From NCBI RefSeq assembly GCF_009914755.1, contig NC_060925.1: a stretch of 64,000 bases of DNA, one strand, 5' to 3'. The stretch comes from the human T2T-CHM13v2.0 reference genome, Homo sapiens. The stretch's first letter is position 1. Each line of letters begins with the position of its first letter. Shown here one piece after another: positions 44,150-64,000 of the stretch. The notes beneath the pieces were generated by a model. It was not told the origin of the DNA, did not search any database, and saw only the letters and a program-made list of their open reading frames with translations. A program made the position numbers and the translations under genes.

Positions 44150-46730
44150 GGATCCTCCTGGAATCTCTTCCTCAGCATCTAGCTCATGATAAGGTTTCAG
44201 GTGTCTTGATGATATCCAAATCGGCTGTTGATTTTGGCCTGGAGAAACACAAGCATAACTTCTATCCCAAGTTATTATTTTACCTATTTCCCAACTTTTT
44301 GTAATCGGATCTCTCCACCAAATCAGTTGTTCTGCTTCTGTCTTTGCAGCTGGTTTCTGTAGATGCTGTTCAGCTGCTGATAACATCTGGCCTTTGGGCA
44401 GGCTCAAAAAATTTAAAGTTAATAATGTTAGATTCAGTTGCATTTGTGGGGTTCCATATCTCTGTCTCCCACTTTCTGCTTTTGCAACTGCTGTTTTAGG
44501 GAGATATTTATTCTTTCCACTATGGCTTGTCCTTGAGAATTGTATGGGATATCAGTAATGTGTTTAATATTCCACATAGAGAAAAATGTAGCTACAGCTT
44601 GGCTAGTATAGCCTGGGGCATTATCTGTTTTAATAGAAGCTGGAATGCCCATCACCGCAAAACAGTGCAAAAGATGACGTTTAACACAGGCAGAAGACTC
44701 TCCTGTTTGGCATGTAGTCCAGACAAAGTGAGAAAAGGTGTCCACACATACATGTACATAAGCTAGTCTCCCAAATGAGGGAACATGTGTGACATCCATT
44801 TGCCAAAGAGAGTTTGGTTCCAATCCTCGAGGATTAACTCCTGCTGTAAAAGATGAGGAATGTACCATTTGGCAAGTTGGGCATTGCTGGATAATAGCTT
44901 TAGCTTCTTTCCAGGTAATGCTGTATCTGCATTTGAGACCAGAGGTATTAACATGGGTTAAATTGTGAAAATGTCTAGCATTAGATATTGCATTAGCAAC
45001 TAGGTGATCAGCCATTTGATTCCCTTCAGTCAAAGGTCCTGGAACAGGTGTATGAGCCCTAATGTGAGTGATGTAAAAAGGGTGCATTCTACTTCTAACT
45101 GCTCTTTGCAATTGGGTAAATAAAGTCATCAGTTGTTCATCTGTATGAAATCATATCTGAGCATTTTCAATTAACTGTGTGGAATGAACCACGTATGAAG
45201 AATGAGAAATCACATTAATAGGCATATCAAAAGCAGGCAATACCTCAATTACGGCTACAAGGTCCACTTTTTGAGCTGAAGTATAGGACATCTGGAAAAC
45301 TACTTTTTGAGCCAAAATAAGAAGTTTTACCATCACTAGACCTATCTGTAAAAACATTCTCAGCACCTTCAATTGGTTTAAATTTAGTTATTTGGGGTAG
45401 AATCTAATTAGTTAATTTCAAAAACTGAAACAGCTTCGCTTTAGGAAAATGATTATCAAGAATACCTACAAAGTCAGCTAAATGGGTTTGCCAAGTAAGA
45501 CTATTTATAAAAGCTTGCCTGTATTTGTGCCATCATGAGAGGGACAATAATTTTTCCAGGAGCATATCCATGTAATTTAACAATCTGAGTTGTCCCAATC
45601 CCTATCATAGTAGCGATTTGATCTAAATAAGGAGTTAGAGTCCATGAATTAGTATGTGGAAGAAAAAGCCACTCTGCTAAGTCCTGTTCTTGGACAATAG
45701 CACCAGTAGGTGAATGTTGAGTTGAAAAAATTAGGAAATCTAGAGTCTTCTCTGGATCTATTCTATTTATTTGAGCTTTATGGACTTGCTTCTCAATCAG
45801 TTGTAACTCTGCCTCAGCCTCCTTTGTTAATTGCCGAGGGCTAGTGAGACTAGGATTTCCTCTAAGGACAGAAAACAGATTACTCATGGCATAGGTAGGA
45901 ATGCCTAGAGCAGGTCATATCCAATTAATACCCCCTAGCAATTTTGGAAAGTCATTTAATGTTTTTAGTTGATCCCTACATATGGTTACTTTCTGTGGCA
46001 CAATGGTAGTGTCATTTACTAAGGTTCCCAAGTAGGAGTAAGGAGTAGTAGTCTGAATTTTGTCAGGAGCTATAATTAAACCAGCACAAGAAATCAAATT
46101 TTGTAAGTGATCATAACATTGGAGTAATATTTCTCGAGTAGGGGCAGCACAAACTATATCATCCATATAGTGAATAATGTAACACTGAAAATTTTTTATG
46201 AGTAAGTTCAAGTGCTTGCCCCACATATGTCTGGCAAATTGTGGGACTATTTAACATGCCCTGTGGCAACACTTTCCAGTGATAATGCTTAGCAGGCTGC
46301 AGGTTGTTTACTGCAGGAATTGTAAATGCAAACCTTTCACAGTCTTGCTCAGCTAAAGGGATAGTAAAGAAACAGTCTTTTAAATATATGATTATTAAAG
46401 GCCATTTTTTTTGGAATTAAAGCAGGAGAAGGCAATCCTGGCTGTAATGCCCCTATAGGTTGTATAACTGAATTGATAGCTCTTAAGTCAGTTAACATTC
46501 TCCATTTACCTGATTTTTTCTTAATTACGAAAACTGGAGAATTCCAAGGGGAAAATGTTGGAGCTATGTGCCCATTTTCTAATTGTTCAGTAAATAATGT
46601 CTCTAAAGCCTCCAGTTTCTCTTTACTTAGCGGTCTTTGTTCTATCCAAATTGGCTTATCTGTTAACCATTTTAAAGGTATAGGTTCTGGTGGCTTAACA
46701 ATGGCCACCATCAAAAATGATATCCTAATC
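44150..46730 (-). pseudogene. pol: HML-3 pol (RT, RNase H, integrase), multiple frameshifts
   Basis: [26 protein letters not shown], integrase HHCC (H..H..CPTC) and D,D,E ([19 protein letters not shown]). Confidence 0.94.
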
Positions 46731-46759
46731 TTTGGCGGGAACTTTGTCTTTCCACTTGA

Positions 46760-47600
46760 AGCAGTTTTTTTCAAACCTTGCAAATTTTTTTCTAGTCCCA
46801 TACCAGGGACATACCCCATTTCATGCATCATATGTTGACTTTGAGGGCTATATAATTGTTCTGGAATTAGAACTTGTGCTCCGCATTGTTGTAATAAATC
46901 TCTTCCCCATAAATTTATAGGTACAGAAGTTATAATTGGTTGAATAGTCCCAGGTTGTCCATCGGGTCCTTCACAATGCAAAATATAACTACTTCGATAT
47001 ACTTTGGGGCTTTACCAGTTCCAACTATGTTAAATTGAGAGGGCTGAATTGGCCACATGGGCGGCCAGTGCTGTAGAGAAATGACTGAAATGTCCGCTCC
47101 TGTATCTACCAAACCTTTAAATTTCTCTCCCTGAATAGTTATTTCACAGGTAGGGCATTTATTAGTAATTTGATTTACCCAATACACTGCTTTGCCTTGT
47201 TTATTTGTGCTTCCAAATCCTCCTGTTCGTTTAATTTCACTTTTTCCCATTCCCACATATGGCACAATCAGGAGCTGTGCTATACGCCCTCCTGGCTCTG
47301 CTTTCCAGGGAACAGAAGTAGATATAACAATTTGAATTTCCCCATTGTAATCTGAATCAATGACTCCTGTATGTATTTGCACCCCTTTTAAACCTAAACT
47401 AGACCTTCCTAAAGGTAATCCTATTGTCCCTGCTGGCAAGGGTCCACAGACTCCTGTTGGGACCTTTTGCAGGGGTTCCCCAGGCAGAAGGCTCACAGCT
47501 TTTGTGCAGCATAAATCTACTGTGGCACTACTGGCTGTGGCAGGGGATAGACATTGTACGGGGGTGAGAGAATGGCCTGAGCTGGAAATGTCCCGGTTTA
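46760..47600 (-). pseudogene. pro: HML-3 pro (dUTPase + aspartic protease + G-patch), frameshifted
   Basis: GVIDSDYNGEI, RIAQLL, RTGGFGST (dUTPase); LVDTGAD (protease); MGYVPGMGL (G-patch). Confidence 0.92.
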
Positions 47601-48887
47601 GAATGGGACCCAGGATGGGCCCCTCGTGGCATTTCCCAAAATCGGGTTCTCTTCTTTATCAAACTTAGAGTGACACTGATTAGCCCAATGTTTTCCTTTT
47701 TTACATTTTGGACATATTTCAGGATCAGCAGTTTTCTTTTTTCCCCTGTCTGGCGGCCTGACTTGCTGATTTTTTTCTACATTTTTGTTTAGTATGACCA
47801 TGCTTCCCACAGTTAAAACAAGCTCCAGGGAATGGAGTATTTCCTTTATCCACTCTCAGTCCTGCCATTGCCTGTGTTAGCAGAGTAGCTGTATGCAGAT
47901 TACTTTCGATACCATCACCTTTCCCTCTGATAGGTCGCAGAGCAGCCTGGCAATCGGGATTAGCATTGTCAAAAGCCAATAACTGCAACACTATATCCTG
48001 AGCAGCCGAATCTGCAATCATCTTTTTAAGAGACTCCTGTAACGGAGCTATAAAATCAACGTATGGTTCTCTTGGTCCCTGTTTTACAGCACTAAAGGAA
48101 GGGTATTTTTCTCCACCTGAAGTGATTTTTTTCCCAAGCTCTAATGCACACTGCACTAAGCTGTTCTATGGCATCATCCTGCATGACCAGTTGTGCATGT
48201 AAACCAGCCCAGCTGCCAACCCCCAAAAGTTGGTCTGCAGTTATATTAATTTGAGGTTGGGCCTGGGCATTTTGAGCAGCCTGAATGGAAGCTTCATCTG
48301 CTCACCAAGTTTTAAATTATAAGAACTGAGCAGGAGTTAGACAAGCTCAAGTAAGAGCATCGCAGTCAGTAGGTATCATTTGACTGGAAACAGCAACATT
48401 CTTTAACAGTCCCATTACAAAAGGAGAACCTGGTCCATACTGATTTATAGCTTGTTTAAATTCTTTGAGTAATTTAAAAGGAAAAGGCTCAAATGTAGCT
48501 GTAATATTTCCCTGTTGACCTGGTGGGTGTATTCTAACAGGGAACTGCCAAGCCTCTTTATCACCCTCTCGTCTAGCTTGCTGAATTCCTGCCTGAATAG
48601 AACTAAGAGTGGTCGCTCGAGGCACTGCTTGAACAGTCACTGGGGCAACTACTTTTTGCTGTGTCCTCCAGAAAAGAAAGATCTGGAGGGTCTTTTTCTT
48701 CAAAATAATAAGGAGGGGGTGCAGAAGGGTAGGGATGAACCTCTCCTTCCTTTGCCACTTTAGCTTTAGCTGGTAAATAAACATGCTCTGTAACCTCTTC
48801 TGTTGTTTCATTATACTCGCGTTTGTCCTCATCATCAGTGTGAAAAAGTTCCAAGGTGGAATGAACCAGACCCCATACCTGTCCCAT
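47598..48887 (-). pseudogene. gag: HML-3 gag, frameshifted
   Basis: MGQ start, PPPY/PSAP late-domain-like motifs, MHR QGPREPYVDFI, zinc knuckles CFNCGKHGH and CPKCKKGKHWANQC. Confidence 0.92.
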
Positions 48888-49015
48888 TGTTACCCTGACG
48901 CTTCCGAGCTCCCCTTCTTACTCACCATGGGGATTGCTTTAAGAGTATTTACTTGTCCTCCAGCTAGTTTTCCATTCCAACCATTGCTCCAGTGAGCCTT
49001 CAACCTGGATTCGAG

Positions 49016-49033
49016 CCCCCACAATGGATGCCA
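49016..49033 (-). promoter_or_regulatory. Primer binding site, degenerate tRNA-Lys type
   Basis: TGGCATCCATTGTGGGGG 2 nt after the LTR; 13/18 match to TGGCGCCCAACGTGGGGC. Confidence 0.75.
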
Positions 49034-49035
49034 CT

Positions 49036-49545
49036 TGCCGAGACCAGCTCGGTTGGGGAGACCCTAACCCAAGAGTGCTAGAGGAATTAAAGACACACAC
49101 ATAAATATAGAGGTGTGAAGTGGGAAATCGGGGTCTCACAGCCTTCAGAGCTGAGAGCCCCGAACAGAGATTTACCCACATATTTATTAACAGCAAACCA
49201 GTCATTGGCATTTTTTCTATAGATATTAAATTAACTAAAAGTATCCCTTATGGGAAACGAAGGGATGGGCTGAAGTAAAGGAATAGGTTGGACTAGTTAA
49301 CTGCGGCAGGAGCATGTCCTTAAGGCACAGATCGCTCATGCTATTGTTTGCGGCTTAAGAATGCCCTTAAGTGGTTTTCTGCCCTGGGCAGGCCAGATGT
49401 TCCTTGCCCTCACTCCCGTAAACCCACAACCTTCCAGCGTGGGTGTTAGGGCCATTATGAACATATTACAGTGCTGCAGAGATTTTGTTTATAGCCAGTT
49501 TTGGGGCCGGTTTATGGCCAGATTTTGGGGGGCTTGCTCCCAACA
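49036..49545 (-). repeat. 5' LTR (MER9-like)
   Basis: Begins TGTTGGGAGCAAGCCCCCCAAAATCTGGCC on - strand; followed by the PBS. Confidence 0.93.
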
Positions 49546-50425
49546 TGAGAGAGCGAGACTCTGTCTCAAAAAAAAAAATTATTATTATTTTTTTCTTTTA
49601 CCTCTCTCAAACGATACTAATCACACTTGTTTAAAGCTCATTTTCTGATTATTCTGTTATGTTTATTTTGTCCGGAGTAAATTTATCTTCCCTATTTTGA
49701 TTTTGCTGGTGGCTGTTCTAGTGTGAATTTCTTCATGTGTTTTGGAATTTTCATGTGCAAACCTCCTGATTAAGAGATTTTTATTTTTTCTCTCTGTTGA
49801 CCCTGTTTGTCTTAATTGCCTCCATTCCCCCTCAAGGGAATCCTTGACCAGAATCAGGTTTTATATTTGTGGCTTGGGTCTGTCTAGCTATGCTATCAGA
49901 GATGTTACATTTCTAATCTGTGAGCTAGTGGATAGCTTGGCCCAGGTCCTGGATGTGAAGCTGTATCCCTTTTCTTCTGCCTCCCTAGGCCATGGCTATG
50001 GAAGTAGTCACTGCAGCACCTTTCAGCCTTTCTTTATGGGTAAAGTGGCCCTTAGTTTCAGCAGTGAGCCTGAATCCATCCCTTCTCTTTCTTGGGAGGA
50101 CTTTTAGTTCCTGTTAACCTTCAGTAGCAAAATTCCTAGATAGGAGGCCCAGCATGTCTCAGCTTTGGTGTTTCTGGGCCTCAAATTTTGAGCATGATGG
50201 TGTTTTCCAGTTCTGTTTTGTTATGATTTCTCTTTTTATATTTTATCTCTCACTGCCATGTGTTTTGAGCAGAGAATGTCTTCAATGCAAGAGCTTAAAT
50301 AGTATCTTCACTAGAAGTACAAATATACAGTATTATGTAATATTCAGAAAAAATATCTTTATAAGCTGAAAGTCTGTTCCTCAAGAATTATTGAGATGTA
50401 GTGTAGCACAGTAAAATGGGAAAAC

Positions 50426-51659
<1,234 letters not shown>

Positions 51660-51949
51660 TTAAAAACAGAAGACAAAAATTATATAAAATGAGAACTAAT
51701 ATCATATAGATTCAATACATAAGAGAAGTATCTATCTGATACTTTCAGATTTTTCTAAAAAAGTATCTATTTTGGTTATTGTACATTAGCATACTCCTTT
51801 GGAAGATTGATGTTAATCTTCCTGTCCATCAGGAAAATGAATATCCTTTGTTAAAAATCTCCCTAATTAGTAGTTACATAATCATACATACATGCTGATA
51901 ACATGTATATATAATTCTGGGGTATAAAAATTACTTTGCCCTTTTCTTC

Positions 51950-52720
51950 TGTCTTAGTCTGTTTTGTGTTGCTGTAACAGAATACCTATGGGGTAGTTTT
52001 TAAGGAATAGAGGTTTATTTAGCTCACAGTTCTGCAGGCTAAGTTCAAAAAGCATGGCACCCCAGCATCTGCTCAGCTTGTGGTGAGGGCTTTTATGTTG
52101 GCTCAAGACATGGCAGAGAAGGTCAAAGGGGAAGGGAATATGGCAAAATCTGAGGGGCATACTGGCTTTACAGCAATTCACTCCCATGGGACCGTCCCAC
52201 AAAAATTAATCCAGTCTTGTAAGACTGAGAACTCACTTACTACTGCAAGAACTGCACCAAGCCATTCATGAAGGATCTGCCCCCATAACCCAAACACCTC
52301 CCACTGGGACCCACCTTCTAATACCACCACATTGGGAATCGAATTTCTTTTCTCTTTTTTTTTATTTCTTAATTAATTATTTATTTTTTGAGACAGCGTT
52401 TCACTCCCGTTGCCCAGGCTGCAGTGAAATGGCATGATCTTGGCTCACTGCAACCTCCACCTCCTGGGCTCAAGTGATTTTCTTGCTTCAGCCCCTCAAG
52501 TAGCTGGGACTATAGGCATACACCACCACGCCATGCTAATTGTATTTTTTGTAGAGAATGGATTTCACCATGTTGCCCAGGTGGGTCTCAAACTCCTGAG
52601 CTCAAGCCATCCACCTGCCTTGGTCTCCCAAAGTGCTGGGATTTGTGAGCCACCATGCCCAGCCATGGGAATCAAATTTCAGCATGAGTTTTGGAGGGGA
52701 CAAAGTCAAACCCATAGTAC
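51950..52720 (-). mobile_element. MaLR (MST-like) solo LTR interrupted by reverse Alu 52345-52664
   Basis: Same start as the LTR at 338; duplicated GGGAATC(G/A)AATTTC flanks the Alu. Confidence 0.8.
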
Positions 52721-53286
52721 CTCTTATAAAACAGAATTTGGCAAAATATAGATTGCGAGGAAAAGCTAAAAAATAAGGATGAAAAGCCCATTCAGAATGT
52801 CTCTCAACTCCCACACATGTACTTGTACTTTGCTCTCAGCCTCCAAATCCTGGAAAATGTTTCTGTATAACCTACCAACTCTTTCAGTAAAAATATCCCA
52901 GGTTGTCATGGTGACATAGTTTTTCCCGTACAGAACCTTATAGTCTGGTATGGTAGTTTCCTAATTTTTTATGGTTGTGGAATTCTTTCTTTCTTTTTGG
53001 TACTATTTCTTATTTTTCCAGCTGAATATTATATCTAGGCTTGCTGAAGTGGTAGCAAATTATAGATTTAATTTGAAGCAGGGCAGATTTAACCAATGGT
53101 CTTATAGTCATCAGTAAGTCAGTCTATAACGCTGATAGAGTACTCCATGAGTATGTGTTCTGCAGTGGTCCTTGATGAAAACATCATAGCACTTAGCCCT
53201 TGCTAGAATTTCTAATTTCTTTCTCTAACATGTGTAGACTAAGAACTTTTGATGTCCAGGCTTTTAAAACAGAAGAACAGTGATAG

Positions 53287-58681
<5,395 letters not shown>

Positions 58682-61600
58682 CCATCCTAATGAATGTGAA
58701 TTTGTAGGTCATTGTGGTTTTGATGTGCATTTCCCTGATGACTAATGCTACATCTTTTCATGTGCTTATTGGCCATTGGTATGGATTCTTTGGAGAAACA
58801 TTTTCAGATCATTTGCCTATTTTAAAATTGAGTTATTTATCCTTCTATTGTTGGGTTGAAAGAGTTCTTTATATATTCTGGATACTAGACTCTTGTCAGA
58901 TACATGATTTGCATATATTTTCTCCCATTCTGTAGATTCTCTTTTCACTTTGATAGTGTTCTTTGACACACAAAAGCTTTTAATTTTGATGAATTCCATC
59001 TTATCTATTTTTACTTTGCCTGCTTGTGCTTTTTGGTGTCATAGCAAACCATTTCCTGTTACAAGGCCATGAAGATACACACTTATGTTTCCTTCTAAGA
59101 GCTTTATGCTTTTACCTCTTACATTTCCATCTTTAGTCTATTTTGAGTTAATTTTAGTATGTGGTGTTAGGAGGGGTCTAAATTCATTATTTTACATGTG
59201 AATATCTAGTTTTCCCAGCACCATTTGTTGAAGACTATTTCTCTGCTCTCCCCATCTCTCCTTCCTATTGATTGCTTTTTGTTGAAAATCGCTTGACTGT
59301 AAACATATGGATATATGTCTGAACTCACAACTCTATGCCATTATCTATACAGTTACCTTTATACCAGTATCACACTGCCTTGATTACTGTAGATTTGTAG
59401 TGAGTTTTGAAATCAGGACATGTGAATTCTCCAATCTTTATTAACATTGTTTTGCTATTCAGAGTCCTTTGCATTTCCATATGAATTTTAAGATCAACTT
59501 GTTCCTTTCTGTTAAAAAAAAAAGTTGAAATTTTAATAGGGATTGCACTGAATTTGTATTCAATTTGGGGAGTATTGCCATCTTAATGACTTTCTCTCAA
59601 TATTTTATTGTTTTAGGTGTACGAGCATTACATTTCCTTTGTTAAATTTATTCCCATTAGCCAGGTGTGGTGGTGCACGCCTGTAGTCCCAGCTACTTGG
59701 GAAGCTGAGGCAGGAGAATCGCTTGAACCTAGGAGGAAGAGATTGCAGTGAGCTCAGATTGTACCACTGCACTCCAGCCTGGATGACAGAGCAAGACTCT
59801 GTCTCAAAAATAAATAAAATAAATAAATAAATTTATTTCCAAATACTTTATTATTTTTGACAGTGTTGTAAGTAGAATTATTTTCTTAATTTCAGTTTTG
59901 GATTGTTCATTGTTAGTGTATAGAAATACAATTAATTTTTATATAAGGGCCTTGTATCTTTCAACTTTGCTAAACTTATTCTTTGGCTCTAAAAGCTTTT
60001 TGAGAGTGTGTGTAGATTCTTTAGAGTTTTCTATATATAAGATCATGTTGGCTGGGTTTGGTGGTTCACACTTGTAATCCCAGCACTTTGGGAAGTTGAG
60101 GCAGGTGGATCACTTGAGCCCAGGAGTTTGAGACCTCCCTGGGCAACATGGCAAAACTACATCTCTACAAAAAATACGAAAATTAGTCGGGCATGGTGGT
60201 GCATACCTGTAGACCCAGCTACTGGGGAGGCCGAGGTGGGAGGATCACATGAAGCAGAGGGAGAGGGTTGGGGGAGGTGGGGAGGTGAGGAGGTGGGTTG
60301 AGACTGCAGTGAGCCATGATTTTAAAAAACAACAACAACAACAAAACCTAAAAACAAACAACTTTGGCTGGATGCTGTGGCTCATACCTGTAGTTCCAGC
60401 ACTTTGAGAGGCAAAGGCAGGCAGATTGCTTGAGTCCAGGAGTTCAAGACTAGCCTGGGCAACATGGTGAGACTCCATCTACACAAAAAATACAAAAATT
60501 AGGGGGGCATGGTGGTGCACACCTGTAATCTTAGCTACTTTGGAGGCTGAGGTGAGAGGATTACTTGAGCCCGGGATGTCGAGGCTGTAATGAGTCAAGA
60601 TTGCGCCACTGCACTCCAGCCTGGGTGACAGAATGAGGCCCTGTCTCAATTAAAAAAAAATCGTATCATCTGACAATAAAGATTGTTTCACCTCTACCTT
60701 TCCAACCTGGATGACTTTTATTTCTTTTTCTTGTCTAATTGCCTCCGCCAGAACTACCAATACAATATTGAATGGATGTGGAGGAGCGGACATCCTTGTC
60801 TTGCTCCTGCTTAGGGGGAAAGCTTTCAGTTTTTCACCATTGAGAATGATGTTAGCTGTGGGTTTTTCATCAGTGCCCTTTTTCAGTTTGAGGAAGTTCC
60901 CCTTCTATTCCTAGTTGGTTGTGTATTCTTAACATGAAAGGATGTTGGATTTTGTCAAATGTCTTTTCTGCATCTATTGAGATGATCCTGTATTTTTTCC
61001 CTTTATACTATCAATATGGTGTATTACATTGATTTACTTTCATATATTGAACCAACTTTGCATTTTGGAGATAAATCCCACATGTTCATGTCATGTAATC
61101 CTTTTACTGTGCTGCTAGATTTGGTCTGTGAGTTTTCAGTTGAGGATATTCACAAGGAAATTTTTTTTCTTGTGATTATTTGGCTGTGGTACCTGGGTAA
61201 TACTGGCCTCATAAAATGAGTTGGAAAGTATTCTCTTTTCTTCTTTTATTTGACAGAGTTTGAGAAAGATTGACGTTAATTCTTCTTTAACACTCAGTTT
61301 CACTGAATTCATTGGAAAAAGCTTCTAATCCCAGGCTTTTTGTTTGTTGACATTTTTTTGATACAGACTTAATGTCTTTACTGGTCTATTCTGACATTTT
61401 TGTCTTCTTGAGTCGGTTTTGGCTTTGTCTTTCGTTCCTTTAGACGTGGTTTTCTTTAGCTTTTTGGATGTATTTAAAGTAGCCAATTTAAAATTTATGT
61501 CTAGTAAGACCAACATCTGAGCTTCCTCATGGACATAGTTTTTAATTGATTGCTTTTTTATCTGTGTATGGGTCACACTTTTTGTTTTTTATAATGCTTC

Positions 61601-61880
61601 ATAAATTTTTGTTGAAAAATTAATTATTTTAAATATTCTAATATGACAACTCTGAAAGTCAGATTATCTCTCCTTCCTAGAGTTCATTGTTAGTGCTTAT
61701 TGTAGTAGTTGTTTATTTAGTTTTCTGAACTAATTCTGTTAAATCTGTTATTTGTTGTGTGTGACCACTAAAGTCTCTGTTCCGTTAGCTTATTAATTAG
61801 GCAGAGATTGGACAGCAAATGATTGGACAGTGATTTCCTTAGGTGCTGGAACCAAAAAAACAGCTCCCAGTCTTTGCAGA
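58682..61880 (-). mobile_element. Old L1 (L1M-type) ORF2 and upstream fragments, interrupted by Alus (59657-59830; 60050-60660)
   Basis: L1 ORF2-like peptide [35 protein letters not shown]; T-rich + strand. Confidence 0.8.
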
Positions 61881-62203
61881 GAGGCCCTGTTTTTATTTTA
61901 TTTTATTTCTATTTTTTACGGTGACAGGGTCTCACTATATTGCCCAGGCTAGTCTCAGACTCCTGGGCTCAAGGGATCCACCTACCTTAGCCTCCAAAGT
62001 GCTGGGATTATAGGCACGAGCCACCGCGCCTGGCCTTATTTTATTTTTATTTACTTATTTATTTTGAGACACCGTCTTGCTATATCATCCAGGTTGGCAT
62101 GCAGTGGCATGATCTTAACTTACCACAACCTGTGCCTCCCAGGCTCCAGCAATTCTCTTGTTTCAGCCTCCTGAGTAGCTGGGACTACAGGTGTACGCCA
62201 CTA

Positions 62204-63488
<1,285 letters not shown>

Positions 63489-64000
63489 TAGTCTTCTCAT
63501 CTTGCTTGTACAGAGCTTCAAGTTTGGCTAGATGTGAAAGCTTAAAGCCTTCTCAAGTCTTTCCTGAGCATCTGCGTAGCTCTGGTCATGTGCATGGTCT
63601 TCTAGATTCTCAAGAATATATTGGAACTTTTCAAGGCCCTTATTCTTCCAAAGCTTCTCATTCTCCAGCCTTTTCTCTCAAGCTTCTTGGGCAGTCGATT
63701 GTTTGCTCAGCTGTTATCCATTACTTCAGGGAGCAAAGACAAACACATTTACCTATAAATATTTGTGGAAAAATGTCCCCTGGTTAATGGCTTTAGCGTT
63801 GGGACAAGGTGAAGATAAGCCTTTTGAGTTGGTCTTCTGAAAGCCACCAGACAAATAAGACCAGATATTTATTTATTTATAGTAATAATTACTATTCTAT
63901 AAAAATGAGGTCTCTTCTCCCTCAGAACTAGTTGTAGGAATGTTGGCTGTTATTTTCAAGGATATCCCTGAGTTGAGGAGCAGGGGATGGGCCTAGGGTT

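Noticed and set aside
44434-45129. 231-aa integrase-containing ORF as a functional protein
   Set aside because: HHCC and D,D,E residues are present, but it frameshifts before the C-terminal domain and upstream pol is disrupted; no route to expression is evident

Overview
Human (primate) genomic DNA that I recognise as the VASH2-ANGEL2 locus (1q32.3). It holds the last coding exon and ~3 kb 3'UTR of VASH2 (+ strand), then, tail-to-tail, the complete 9-exon ANGEL2 gene (- strand; I reassembled a 1635-nt CDS = 544 aa + stop with all GT-AG junctions in phase) with a CpG-island promoter near 32.3-33.1 kb. The rest is repeat-dense: about 45 Alus, two near-full-length Tigger1 DNA transposons in opposite orientation, a MER82-like element, a 7-kb two-LTR HERV-K(HML-3)/MER9 provirus inserted inside an Alu, an LTR14-like double-LTR inside another Alu, MaLR LTRs, ERV1 and L1 fragments. 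Almost all ORFs in the supplied track are Alu or random ORFs. I found no new biological system in the prokaryotic sense. The most interesting observations are a candidate alternative ANGEL2 start/poison exon, a 70-bp local inverted templated duplication next to the promoter, and the structure of the two retroviral insertions. Repeat family names come from recall of consensus sequences, not a database search; mismatch counts were done by eye.
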